Sequence record: SRR22947727_2870
DNA: 32,770 bases
Direction: 5' to 3' (one strand)
In this document: positions 1 to 9,235 of the stretch, in pieces
How positions within the stretch are numbered: position 1 is the stretch's first letter
Layout of the letters: every line of letters starts with the position of its first letter
Translations under genes and position numbers: made by a program
The notes under the pieces: generated by a model
What the model was told of the DNA's origin: nothing
Database searches by the model: none
The model's input: only the letters and a program-made list of their open reading frames with translations

Positions 1-36
1 AGGAGAGGGTCCTGGGTTCGAGCCCCAGCCCGGTCA
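1..36 (+). tRNA. 3' half of a tRNA truncated by the window edge, probably tRNA-Lys (anticodon not visible)
   Basis: T-arm CTGGG-TTCGAGC-CCCAG (12-28), acceptor 3' strand CCCGGTC (29-35), discriminator A36; CCA not encoded. The Lys identity is only from resemblance to flavobacterial tRNA-Lys. Confidence 0.8.
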
Positions 37-37
37 C

Positions 38-69
38 AAAAAAGTTAAGTCTTGCACTTAACTTTTTTT
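38..69 (+). terminator. Intrinsic terminator after the first tRNA
   Basis: Inverted repeat AAAAAAGTTAAGT-cttgc-ACTTAACTTTTTT ending in a T run. Confidence 0.7.
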
Positions 70-115
70 GTTTGCACCCTTTTTGAACAAATTTTTGTTT
101 CTTTAGTGCGCAAAT

Positions 116-198
116 GCTCACGTGGTGAAATTGGTAGACATGCCATCTTGAGGGGGTGGTGTCCTATGGACGTGCTGGTTCGAATCCAGTCGTGAGCA
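116..198 (+). tRNA. tRNA-Leu(GAG)
   Basis: Acceptor GCTCACG/CGTGAGC, D-loop TTGGTA, anticodon arm CCATC-TTGAGGG-GGTGG (anticodon GAG), long variable arm GTCC-TAT-GGAC, T-arm GCTGG-TTCGAAT-CCAGT, discriminator A; CCA not encoded. Confidence 0.95.
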
Positions 199-221
199 CA
201 GAAAATCATATCACTTAACTT

Positions 222-253
222 AAGCGGCTTCCCTAGGAAGTCGCTTTTTTTTT
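222..253 (+). terminator. Intrinsic terminator after tRNA-Leu
   Basis: AAGCGGCTTCC-cta-GGAAGTCGCTT hairpin followed by a T run. Confidence 0.85.
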
Positions 254-337
254 CTACAAGAGGCCCTTTTTAAGACCCTACAGTTTCAAAAGATTTACTA
301 CATTTAAAATCGTATTAAATCCTGAAATATTTCATTA

Positions 338-1591
338 GTGACAACACCCAATAAAGTTTCAATCATAGGCGGCGGAATACAAGGATTGTGCACCGCTTAT
401 TACCTCAATAAACAGGGGCTTGAAGTAAGTATATTTGAGCCTAAAACAGCAGAGACGGGTGCCTCATATGTTAATGCTGGCTACCTTACACCCAGTCATA
501 TTATTCCATTGGCATCGCCAGGAATGATTCGCAAAGGATTAAAATGGATGCTGAATTCCAGTAGTCCATTTTATGTGAAACCAAGAATAGACAAAGCTTT
601 TATTAAGTGGTCATGGCGGTTTTATAAATCGAGTACACTACAAAAAGTAAATTCAGCCATACCCGTAATTAAGGAAATAAATCTGCTGAGTGAACAGTGT
701 TTCAAAGAGATTAAATTAAGTGGAGATTTAGGAGACTTTCAATTAGACCATCATGGGCTACTCATGCTTTATAAAACTAAAGCTGCTGGCGAGGCTGAAA
801 ATGAGGTGGCCAAAAAAGCGGCTAATCTTGGCCTACAGGTGAGCTATCCAAATCAGATAGAATTAAACAGCCTACAACCTCAGCTAAGCAAAGACATTCT
901 AGGGGGTATATTATATGACTGTGACAGCCACACTACCCCAACAGAAATAATGCCTAAGCTAAAAAAGAAACTCTTAGATTCGGGCGTGAAATTTATCACA
1001 GAAAAGGTGTGTCGTTTTGAACTTCAAAACAATAAGCTTACTGCCATTGTTACAGACAAAAACAACTACCCTACAGAAGAAGTAGTCATAGCTGCAGGGG
1101 CATGGAGTGGCCAACTCGCCAAGCAGCTAAACATAGATTTGTCATTAGAGGCAGGAAAAGGGTATAGAATAGATGTGAAAAGAGAGACCGGTATAAAAAT
1201 ACCAGCCATACTCATGGAGGCAAAAGTAGCCGTAACCCCAATGAAAGGATTTACCCGTTTTGCTGGAACCATGGAATTATCCGGCATTAATACAAACATT
1301 AGGAAAGAGCGGGTAAATGCGATCGTTAAAGCCGCAGAAGCCTATTATCCCGGTCTAAAAATTACTGCTGCAGAAAAGGAAGCAGCCGCTTCAGGAATGC
1401 GGCCGGTTTCTCCAGATGGGCTACCATACATTGGAAGGTCTAAGGCCCTAAAAAATCTATGTTTTGCCACTGGACACGCCATGATGGGATGGAGTCTAGG
1501 GCCAGCTACGGGAAAATTAGTGTCAGAGATTATTTTAAATAAAAAGCCAAGTATGGATTTAGCGCCCTTTAATCCTGACCGAAAATTCTAA
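338..1591 (+). CDS. dadA: FAD-dependent D-amino-acid dehydrogenase (DadA/DAO family)
   Basis: N-terminal GGGIQG FAD motif, GASYVNAG, C-terminal GMRPVSPDGLPYIG and GHAMMGWSLGPATG; GTG start; substrate unknown. Confidence 0.8.
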   Translation: MTTPNKVSIIGGGIQGLCTAYYLNKQGLEVSIFEPKTAETGASYVNAGYLTPSHIIPLASPGMIRKGLKWMLNSSSPFYVKPRIDKAFIKWSWRFYKSSTLQKVNSAIPVIKEINLLSEQCFKEIKLSGDLGDFQLDHHGLLMLYKTKAAGEAENEVAKKAANLGLQVSYPNQIELNSLQPQLSKDILGGILYDCDSHTTPTEIMPKLKKKLLDSGVKFITEKVCRFELQNNKLTAIVTDKNNYPTEEVVIAAGAWSGQLAKQLNIDLSLEAGKGYRIDVKRETGIKIPAILMEAKVAVTPMKGFTRFAGTMELSGINTNIRKERVNAIVKAAEAYYPGLKITAAEKEAAASGMRPVSPDGLPYIGRSKALKNLCFATGHAMMGWSLGPATGKLVSEIILNKKPSMDLAPFNPDRKF

Positions 1592-1603
1592 TCCCTAGTA
1601 ATT

Positions 1604-2350
1604 CTAATCGAGTGACCTTATTTTTACTGCTTTAAACCATACCCCAGAACCATGATCCTGTAAGGCCAAATATCCCATGTTGACCTTCCCATAGTCAGGG
1701 TAATCTGTCCATTTTCCGCTGTTCCTAAGTACCTCCCATTCTGGAGTAAATTTATCAAAAGACACTATAAGCGCGCCGTTTAAATAATGAGACACTTTAC
1801 CCTGATCAAAAATAATACGGCTTGTATTCCAATCCCCTACTTCACTCAAACGCTTGGCGTCGTTAGCAATATGCATGGCGTAGTTGGCTCCAGTTTTTTG
1901 CCAATCTTCAATGGGTGAGGGAAAGCCAACGTCATCCAAAAGCTGATACTCTGGTGCTGTCTGATAAGGAGAATGGTATAAAGTGTCTTCTATCACATGA
2001 TAAAAAACTCCGCTATTGCCTTCGGGACTGATCTTCCAAGACCAAGAAAGTTCAAAATTACCATATATTTTAGTAGAAATAATATCTCCTCCCACATCTC
2101 CAGCCAAGCCAAAACAGCTGATTAAACTATCTGAAATTTGCCAATTAGATGGCAATGAGCCTTGGTTATAACCCCGCCACTTTTCTGGAGACATTAAAGA
2201 TTCCCAAGAATTATTTTTATTAAGATCCCCAATTTCTGCAGAACTATTTGCGAAATTGCTATTGGAAAGGGCTTCTTTATTTGGATTGTTTTTACAACTT
2301 ATTTGGCCTGCTAAAAGCAGCCCGATGCCCCATAAATATATCTTTTTCAT
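1604..2350 (-). CDS. DUF1080 / 3-keto-disaccharide hydrolase family lipoprotein
   Basis: Lipobox-like GQISC; motifs GNSGVFY, APEYQLLDD, GDWNTSRI, LALQDHG-x3-WFK typical of DUF1080. Confidence 0.85.
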   Translation of the reverse strand: MKKIYLWGIGLLLAGQISCKNNPNKEALSNSNFANSSAEIGDLNKNNSWESLMSPEKWRGYNQGSLPSNWQISDSLISCFGLAGDVGGDIISTKIYGNFELSWSWKISPEGNSGVFYHVIEDTLYHSPYQTAPEYQLLDDVGFPSPIEDWQKTGANYAMHIANDAKRLSEVGDWNTSRIIFDQGKVSHYLNGALIVSFDKFTPEWEVLRNSGKWTDYPDYGKVNMGYLALQDHGSGVWFKAVKIRSLD

Positions 2351-2353
2351 TTC

Positions 2354-3748
2354 TTATTTTTTTAGTTTCATGTTTTTTGGATCCCATAAAATGGCTTTAT
2401 TCTCATAATAACTATCATTACATGCCAAAGCTGGTGCGGCAGCCCTGTACCCAAAAATAGCATCTTCCACTACAGAATCTCCTCCTCTTATAGCAGTGAG
2501 CCAATTGCCAAAATGATCGTGATGCGCCCCCAAATATCCTTTTTCTGCGGCATAAACAATCTCTTCTTGAGGCTTCATTTCTTTTCTTGCTACTGTGTTA
2601 GAGGAGCCACTCCCTTTTGCTTGAGCAGCCAAATAAGGGTCTGTCTCAAAACTTTCTGCATTTCTCCTCACAATTACCTTATCCCATTGCACATCCATAG
2701 CGCCTTCGCTACCCACAATACGCAAATACGTAGTTCCAGAAGTACCATCTACAAAATTGCATCTTAATGAGAGGTTAAAAGCTGGGTGCTGTGGTGTTTT
2801 AGGATAGTCAAATACGCCCAGCATTACGTCCGGCACTTCTCTCCCATCATTCCAATACCTTAGTCCACCAGAGGCGTAAATTTGATCAGGCCCATAGGAA
2901 TTGGTAATAAAATGCAAACTGGAGAATAAGTGAACAAATAAATCTCCAGACATACCAGTTCCATAATCCCTGTAATTTCTCCATCTAAAAAAGCGCATGG
3001 GATCAAAATCCCTCTTATGGGTATTGCTCAGAAAAGTATCCCAATCTAAGGTCTCCGTAGAAGCATCTTCTGGGATATTGTATTGCCAAGCTCCTGTAGG
3101 ACTTCTTCTGGCCCAGAATCCCTCTGCATAATTAATATCCCCTATGGCTCCTTGCGCCAATAACTCCCTTGCTTTTTCATTTCCCAAAGAAGAGAGTCCC
3201 TGGCTGCCCACCATAAAAACTTTTCCTGTTTTTCTTTGCGCATCAATAACCGCATATCCCTCCTCCAAACTATGCACCATAGGTTTTTCGCAGTATACAT
3301 GTTTTCCAGCATACATAGCGTCTATAGATATTTGCTTGTGCCAGTGATCGGGTGTGCCAATAATAACGGCGTCTACTTCTGGACGGGCTAATATTTCTTT
3401 ATAATCCCTAGTGGTGAAAATGTCATTTCCCCATTGAGATTTGGCTTTGTCTAAGTGTCCTTGATACAGGTCACATACAGCGACTAACTTTACACCAGCA
3501 TGCGCTAAAACAGCATAGGTGTCTTGAGTACCCATTCCACCTGCACCAATAAGGGCAATTTGAATCTGACTGTTTTTAGAATAATCTACTTCTTTAAGAA
3601 CTCTTTTTAAGGGTTTCGTTTGAGAAGCAGACAAGAGGGAGGGAGTTGCAGCTATGGCCATACTCCCGATGGAAAATTTTTGAACAAACTGCTTCCTACT
3701 CCATCCAAAATGTTGATTTGATGCTGAAGATTGATTTATTTTTTTCAT
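2354..3748 (-). CDS. Gfo/Idh/MocA family NAD(P)-dependent oxidoreductase with Tat-like signal
   Basis: IGAGGMG Rossmann motif, TPDHWH, GKHVYCEKP, WRNYRDYGTG, DLFVH; N-terminal SRKQFVQK. Confidence 0.9.
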   Translation of the reverse strand: MKKINQSSASNQHFGWSRKQFVQKFSIGSMAIAATPSLLSASQTKPLKRVLKEVDYSKNSQIQIALIGAGGMGTQDTYAVLAHAGVKLVAVCDLYQGHLDKAKSQWGNDIFTTRDYKEILARPEVDAVIIGTPDHWHKQISIDAMYAGKHVYCEKPMVHSLEEGYAVIDAQRKTGKVFMVGSQGLSSLGNEKARELLAQGAIGDINYAEGFWARRSPTGAWQYNIPEDASTETLDWDTFLSNTHKRDFDPMRFFRWRNYRDYGTGMSGDLFVHLFSSLHFITNSYGPDQIYASGGLRYWNDGREVPDVMLGVFDYPKTPQHPAFNLSLRCNFVDGTSGTTYLRIVGSEGAMDVQWDKVIVRRNAESFETDPYLAAQAKGSGSSNTVARKEMKPQEEIVYAAEKGYLGAHHDHFGNWLTAIRGGDSVVEDAIFGYRAAAPALACNDSYYENKAILWDPKNMKLKK

Positions 3749-3890
3749 AAAAAAGGTTGGTTGGTTTATTGGATCATTTGATTATTGGGTAATTTATTTA
3801 ATGGCATGTAAATCCAATGGTTTTGCTTTCAATCATTTAAGATATAAAATACTTGAAAGTTTACCAACTAATTAATTGATGAGATTGAAA

Positions 3891-3940
3891 TGTTTAATAT
3901 TTAACATAAAAAGATAAACAAATTGGATAAAAATTGTAAA
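3891..3940. promoter_or_regulatory. Candidate operator site 1 (TGTTTA-N18-TAAACA with in-phase half-sites) upstream of the carH-crt operon
   Basis: TGTTTA 3891-3896, TTAACA 3901-3906, TAAACA 3915-3920, TGGATA 3924-3929, TGTAAA 3935-3940; same spacing as the sites at 9164 and 30678. Confidence 0.55.
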
Positions 3941-3944
3941 TTTG
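3937..3944 (+). promoter_or_regulatory. Bacteroidota housekeeping-sigma -7 box for the carH-crt operon
   Basis: TAAATTTG matches TAnnTTTG, 21 nt before ATG 3966; no well-spaced -33 TTTG. Confidence 0.6.
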
Positions 3945-3965
3945 TTTAAGATTAAAAAATATCAA

Positions 3966-4868
3966 ATGAGTTTAGTAAAAAAGACTTTTAGCATAAAAGA
4001 TCTAGAAAACCTTTCTGGTATTAAAGCCCATACAATAAGGATTTGGGAGAAAAGATACAACCTATTAAGCCCAGAGCGTACCCAGACAAATATCAGGTTG
4101 TACAGTCTTTTGAGTTTACAGAAACTCTTAAACATTACGCTATTGTATGAGAATGGGCTAAAAATTTCTAAAATTGCCCAATTAAAAAATGAAGAAATTC
4201 CTCTAAAAGTCAGAGAGATTATAGACGAGAAGTCCATCAAGAATAATATGATGAATGCTTTTAAACTGTCCATGATTAATTTTGACCAAAGCTTGTTTTA
4301 CAATACTTACAACAAATTGGTGGTTGATTTAAGTTTTAGAGAAATTTTCAAAGAATATTTTATTCCACTACTACAAGAATTGGGTTATTTATGGCAATCT
4401 AACACCATAAGTACGACCCATGAACATTTTATAACAAATTTAGTCAAGCAAAAGGTGTACACAAACACAGAAAAAGTACACAGGTCTGAATATGTGAACA
4501 ACAAATCATTTGTGCTTTTTTTACCTGAAAATGAGATTCACGAACTAGGCATTTTATACCTCAATTATGAATTGAATTTAAGGGGGTATAAAAGTATATT
4601 TTTAGGACAGAGTGTTCCCATAGAAAACTTAGAGCCTTTGATTGCCAGTAATGAGTTTGTTGAATTTATTGCTTATGTGACCGTAGAACCTTCAAAGGAG
4701 AAAATTGATAAATACTTGCAAAAATTCAAAAAGAAAATATTAGATAAAAAAGACTGTAGGCTGTCTCTTTTAGGTTTTCAAACACAGTTTGTAGATCTAA
4801 ATTCTAAACCAGAAAACGTTAGTGTATACAGAGGTTTCGAAGATCTAATCGAAGCCTTAAATTTATAA
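3966..4868 (+). CDS. carH: MerR-family cobalamin-binding transcriptional regulator (CarH/LitR-like)
   Basis: MerR HTH with IRIWEKRY; W-x9-EH (WQSNTISTTHEH) and ExHxxG (EIHELG) B12 motifs; first gene of a crt operon. ATG 3966 is preferred over TTG 3942, which lies inside the promoter box. Confidence 0.85.
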   Translation: MSLVKKTFSIKDLENLSGIKAHTIRIWEKRYNLLSPERTQTNIRLYSLLSLQKLLNITLLYENGLKISKIAQLKNEEIPLKVREIIDEKSIKNNMMNAFKLSMINFDQSLFYNTYNKLVVDLSFREIFKEYFIPLLQELGYLWQSNTISTTHEHFITNLVKQKVYTNTEKVHRSEYVNNKSFVLFLPENEIHELGILYLNYELNLRGYKSIFLGQSVPIENLEPLIASNEFVEFIAYVTVEPSKEKIDKYLQKFKKKILDKKDCRLSLLGFQTQFVDLNSKPENVSVYRGFEDLIEALNL

Positions 4869-4871
4869 TAA

Positions 4872-6323
4872 ATGAAACAAATTAGCATAATAGGTTCTGG
4901 TTTCTCTGCACTATCTGCCGCTTGCTATTTAGCAAAAGCGGGACACAGTGTAGATTTATACGAGAAAAACAATACTATTGGCGGAAGGGCCAGACAACTC
5001 AAGAGGGAGGGCTTTACATTTGATATGGGACCAAGTTGGTACTGGATGCCTGACATTTTTGACAAGTTTTTTGCAGATTTTGACAAGAAAACATCTGATT
5101 ACTACCAATTAGATAAGCTTAGTCCTGCTTATAAGGTGTACTTTAACGAGGGGCACTTAACCATTGGAGACAGTTTAAAAAAAATTATCCAAGCCTTTGA
5201 AGAAATAGAAGCAGGTAGCGGTGCTAAATTGGATAAATTCATTGCAGAAGCGCAAGACCACTACAGAATTGCTATAGATAAAATAGTATTGAGACCCGGT
5301 TTATCTCCACTTGAATTGGTTACCTCTGAGACCATTACCAGGGTAGATCGGTTCTTTAGAACTATCAGTCAAAGGGTTAGGAGAGATTTCAAGAACCCTA
5401 AACTAATAGCAACACTAGAGTTTCCTGTACTATTTCTTGGTGCAAAACCAAATCAAACACCCTCTTTCTACAGCTTTATGAATTTTGCAGATTTTGGTTT
5501 GGGCACTTGGCACCCTAAAGGTGGCATGTATGAAATTGTCCTGGCTATGGAAAATTTAGCCCATTCATTGGGAGTCAAAATGCACACCAATAGTCCGGTA
5601 GATAAAATAATTGTTCAGGATAAAAAAGCAATAGGGATTTCCGTAAAAGGAAAAGATATTTTGTCTGACGTTGTGCTCAGTGGAGCAGATTATCATCATT
5701 CAGAGACCTTATTAGACACATCTTTCAGACAATATTCAGAAGCTTATTGGGATAAGAAAACGTTCGCACCTTCTTCTTTGCTATTTTACGTAGGATTCAA
5801 TCAGAGAATCCCAAATGTGGAACACCACAACCTATTCTTTGATAGTGATTTTACAAAACATGCAGAAGAAATATACGACAATGCTGTTTGGCCCTCTGAT
5901 CCATTGTTTTATGCTAATTTTCCATCTATTTCTGACCCCTCTATGGCTCCTGAGAATTGTGAGACAGGTTTTTTCTTGATTCCAATTGCACCAGATCTAG
6001 AAGACAATGAATCTTTAAGAGAACACTATTTTAATAAAATCATGGACAGGTTTGAACTTAAAATTGGTACAAACGTTCGTGAAAATATTATCTTTAAAGA
6101 GTCCTTTTGCGTGAAAGACTTTAAAGAAACGTATAACTCTTACAAAGGAAATGCATACGGATTGGCCAATACTTTAATGCAGACTGCTTTTTTAAGGCCA
6201 AAATTAAAAAGTAGTATGGTACAAAATTTATATTTTACAGGCCAACTTACGGTTCCAGGACCAGGTGTTCCACCAGCACTTATTTCTGGGAAAATTGTAG
6301 CGGACCTTATTTCAAAAAAATAA
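4872..6323 (+). CDS. crtI: Phytoene desaturase
   Basis: GSGFSAL FAD motif, FDMGPSWYWMP, C-terminal GQLTVPGPGVPPALISG; directly upstream of crtB. Confidence 0.92.
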   Translation: MKQISIIGSGFSALSAACYLAKAGHSVDLYEKNNTIGGRARQLKREGFTFDMGPSWYWMPDIFDKFFADFDKKTSDYYQLDKLSPAYKVYFNEGHLTIGDSLKKIIQAFEEIEAGSGAKLDKFIAEAQDHYRIAIDKIVLRPGLSPLELVTSETITRVDRFFRTISQRVRRDFKNPKLIATLEFPVLFLGAKPNQTPSFYSFMNFADFGLGTWHPKGGMYEIVLAMENLAHSLGVKMHTNSPVDKIIVQDKKAIGISVKGKDILSDVVLSGADYHHSETLLDTSFRQYSEAYWDKKTFAPSSLLFYVGFNQRIPNVEHHNLFFDSDFTKHAEEIYDNAVWPSDPLFYANFPSISDPSMAPENCETGFFLIPIAPDLEDNESLREHYFNKIMDRFELKIGTNVRENIIFKESFCVKDFKETYNSYKGNAYGLANTLMQTAFLRPKLKSSMVQNLYFTGQLTVPGPGVPPALISGKIVADLISKK

Positions 6324-6328
6324 TACGG

Positions 6329-7180
6329 ATGAAAAGCCTATTTGACCAAGTTTCATATAGATGCAGTAAGCAAGTTACTGAATCATATAGCACCTCATTT
6401 TCTCTGGCAACTAAAATGCTAGATATTAGCATAAGACAGGACATCTATAACATATATGGTTTTGTAAGATTTGCAGACGAAATTGTAGATAGTTTTCATG
6501 ATTACGACAAGGCTTTATTATTTGAAAGATTTGAATTTGATTTAGCGAATGCCCTTCGTGACAAGATTAGTCTAAACCCTATTTTAAATTCATTTCAACA
6601 TTCATTTCACAAGTATGACATTCCATTAGAGCTGGTTACAGCCTTTATGAAAAGCATGAAAATGGATTTGACTAAAGATGCCTATATTACAGAAGAGGAA
6701 TACAAAGAATACATCTATGGATCTGCAGATGTTGTTGGACTCATGTGCCTAAAGGTTTTTGTCAAAGGCAATATAGACCAATACAACGATTTAAAAAATT
6801 CGGCCATGTCATTAGGATCTGCCTTTCAAAAGGTAAACTTCCTTAGAGATCTCAAAGCAGATTTTGAAGGGCTCAATAGAACCTACTTTCCAAACACAAA
6901 TCTAAATGCGCTAGATGAAGAGGCCAAGGAAAGAATCATTAAAGAAATACAAGAAGACTTTTCCAATGGATTGACGGGAATAGTTTTACTCCCTAAAGAA
7001 GTTAAATTTGGGGTGTATACCGCTTACATATATTATTATAAGTTACTCAAGAAACTAAAAAACACCCCTCCACTAGAAATTAAAAACAGTAGAATTAGGG
7101 TGGCCAATCATCAAAAGATGGGACTGTTGGTAAAGTCTTATTTGAGTTGTAAATTTAACCTAGTTATTAAACCTTCATAA
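6329..7180 (+). CDS. crtB: Phytoene synthase
   Basis: YSTSF, RFADEIVD, YIYGSADVVGLM, NFLRDLKAD Asp-rich motifs. Confidence 0.95.
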   Translation: MKSLFDQVSYRCSKQVTESYSTSFSLATKMLDISIRQDIYNIYGFVRFADEIVDSFHDYDKALLFERFEFDLANALRDKISLNPILNSFQHSFHKYDIPLELVTAFMKSMKMDLTKDAYITEEEYKEYIYGSADVVGLMCLKVFVKGNIDQYNDLKNSAMSLGSAFQKVNFLRDLKADFEGLNRTYFPNTNLNALDEEAKERIIKEIQEDFSNGLTGIVLLPKEVKFGVYTAYIYYYKLLKKLKNTPPLEIKNSRIRVANHQKMGLLVKSYLSCKFNLVIKPS

Positions 7181-7189
7181 ATAAAAAAA

Positions 7190-7636
7190 ATGTACCTACT
7201 CTATTGGGCTTTATGCTTTGTTGCTACGTTTTGTATCATGGAATTCATGGCTTGGTTCTCGCATAAATATATTATGCATGGGTTTTTATGGCATTTACAT
7301 GAAGACCACCACAAAAAAGACCACGACAGCTGGTTCGAGAGAAATGATACTTTCTTTATTTTTTATGCGGTCATTAGTATGGGCTTTATAATGACGGCGG
7401 AAAATACTGCTTTCTGGCAAGGATGGCCCATTGGATTGGGTATTATGGCCTATGGCTTTGCTTATTTCATGGTACACGACATCTTTATACACCAGCGTTT
7501 TAAATGGTTCAGAAACGCAAATAATAAATACACAAAAGGCATTAGAAGGGCCCATAAAATGCACCACAAACATTTAGGCAAAGAAGACGGAGAATGCTTT
7601 GGAATGTTATTTGTCCCCTTTAAATATTTCAAATAA
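7190..7636 (+). CDS. crtZ: Beta-carotene 3-hydroxylase (sterol desaturase/fatty acid hydroxylase family)
   Basis: His boxes HKYIMHG, HEDHH, HDIFIHQR, HKMHH; FERND motif. Confidence 0.92.
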   Translation: MYLLYWALCFVATFCIMEFMAWFSHKYIMHGFLWHLHEDHHKKDHDSWFERNDTFFIFYAVISMGFIMTAENTAFWQGWPIGLGIMAYGFAYFMVHDIFIHQRFKWFRNANNKYTKGIRRAHKMHHKHLGKEDGECFGMLFVPFKYFK

Positions 7637-9114
7637 TGCAAAAAAAAGCCATAGTTGTTGGCGCAGGTATTGCTGGTTTAGCTTGTAGCTTGAGATTACA
7701 AAAAAAAGGCTATGAGGTCACTGTTGTTGAGAGAAACAACTATACTGGAGGTAAAATGCATGTACTGGAAGGAAATGGCTTTAGATTCGATTTAGGCCCC
7801 TCTCTTTTTACCATGCCAGGCCTAGTGGAATCTCTATTTGAATTATCTGATAAACCTATTGAAGATTATTTTACTTATAAAAAAAAGGAGGTAATCTGTC
7901 ATTATTTTTGGCCTGATGGGAGCTTCTTTAAGGCATCGGCGGAGCCAGAGGAATGGATCAAAGAGGCGGCTGATTTTTTTGGAGAACCCTCAGAAATTTT
8001 GAGAAGGTATTTAAACAATAGTGCAAGAAAATATTCGCTCACTGCGCCTATTTTTTTAGAGAGATCATTGGCTGATTGGAAAACATATTTAAGCACAAAT
8101 ACACTAAAAGCAATTTTTAACTTGGGTGCCTTAAACATCTTTAATACCCTTGACAAACACCATAAAGGAATATTCAAAAACAAAAAACTCATTCAATACT
8201 TCAACAGGTTTGCCACCTATAATGGTTCCTCTCCTTACAAGACTTCTGCAATCATGAGCATGATTCCTCACTTAGAAATGCATAAGGGTACCTACTTTCC
8301 AACAGAAGGCATGCATTCAATAGGACAATCGCTCTATCAATTGGCCAAAGATAAAGGAGTTCGTTTTTTACTTGAAACTCCAGTGGTAAAAATTAATGTA
8401 GAAAACAATAGTGCAAAAGGCATAGAAATAGTAGTAAATGGAGCAACACAGTATTTAAAAGCAGACGTAGTCGTTTCAAATGCAGACGTATTTCACACCT
8501 ATGAAAAACTGCTTCCAAACATTCAAACACCCAAGAGAATTGTTCAAGAGGAAAGATCGAGTTCTGGACTCATATTCTATTGGGGTATTTCTACCTCTTT
8601 TCCCTCATTAGACCTTCATAATATTTTTTTCAGTGAAGACTATGAGCTTGAATTCAAAGAAATTTTTGACCAACAGACCTTACCTACTGATCCAACCATA
8701 TACTTAAACATAAGTTCCAAGGAAAAACCATCAGATGCCCCTCAAGGTTGTGAGAATTGGTTTGTGATGGTAAACGCACCAGCTAACAAAGGGCAAGACT
8801 GGGAAGATTTAAAGCAAAAAATGAAGCAAACAATTGTCAGTAAATTATCCGATTTACTGGGTGTTAATGTAGCTGACTATATTGTTTATGAAGAAATTTT
8901 AGACCCAATTGGTATAGAAAAAAATACCAATGCATCACAAGGTGCCCTTTACGGCACTTCTAGTAATGATTCAAAAGCAGCATTTTTAAGACAATCCAAT
9001 AAAAGTCATATTGAAAATTTATATTTTTGCGGTGGTTCTGCACACCCTGGAGGTGGGATTCCACTCTGTCTCTACAGTGCCAAAATTACAGCAGATTTAA
9101 TTCCGGAAATTTAG
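7636..9114 (+). CDS. crtD: 1-hydroxycarotenoid 3,4-desaturase (second CrtI-family enzyme)
   Basis: GAGIAG, FDLGPSLFTMP, RFATYNGSSPY, GGSAHPGGGIPLCL; 1-bp overlap with the crtZ stop; next to cruF. Confidence 0.82.
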   Translation: MQKKAIVVGAGIAGLACSLRLQKKGYEVTVVERNNYTGGKMHVLEGNGFRFDLGPSLFTMPGLVESLFELSDKPIEDYFTYKKKEVICHYFWPDGSFFKASAEPEEWIKEAADFFGEPSEILRRYLNNSARKYSLTAPIFLERSLADWKTYLSTNTLKAIFNLGALNIFNTLDKHHKGIFKNKKLIQYFNRFATYNGSSPYKTSAIMSMIPHLEMHKGTYFPTEGMHSIGQSLYQLAKDKGVRFLLETPVVKINVENNSAKGIEIVVNGATQYLKADVVVSNADVFHTYEKLLPNIQTPKRIVQEERSSSGLIFYWGISTSFPSLDLHNIFFSEDYELEFKEIFDQQTLPTDPTIYLNISSKEKPSDAPQGCENWFVMVNAPANKGQDWEDLKQKMKQTIVSKLSDLLGVNVADYIVYEEILDPIGIEKNTNASQGALYGTSSNDSKAAFLRQSNKSHIENLYFCGGSAHPGGGIPLCLYSAKITADLIPEI

Positions 9115-9163
9115 TGCAATACCCAAAAATTATATGGAATAAAATTCCTGATTTAATTTTAAC

Positions 9164-9213
9164 TGTATACCATATAATAGTATTGAATTAACAATCTTAA
9201 AAAGCCTTTAACA
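9164..9213. promoter_or_regulatory. Candidate operator site 2 (TGTATA-N18-TTAACA-N3-TTAAAA-N5-TTAACA) upstream of cruF
   Basis: TGTATA 9164-9169, TTAACA 9188-9193, TTAAAA 9197-9202, TTAACA 9208-9213; spacing identical to the site at 30678. Confidence 0.5.
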
Positions 9214-9235
9214 GATATTAGGCCTCAAAAAAGTA

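Noticed and set aside
55-221. 10-bp repeat CACTTAACTT downstream of both tRNAs (55-64, 212-221)
   Set aside because: Short and AT-rich, one copy is part of a terminator stem, and no function can be supported.
1-3748. Genomic island integrated at the tRNAs
   Set aside because: No integrase or transposase, no duplicated tRNA 3' end seen, and no obvious compositional shift.
3750-3775. Possible pairing of the putative sRNA linker (UUUAUUGG) with the Gfo 5' UTR (CCAAUAAA)
   Set aside because: Only 8 bp of low-complexity complementarity, which is not distinguishable from chance without a genome-wide calculation.
9129-9178. Imperfect inverted repeat ATTATATGG...CCATATAAT between crtD and cruF
   Set aside because: AT-rich with a large loop and no U-tail, so it is not a convincing terminator or RNA element.
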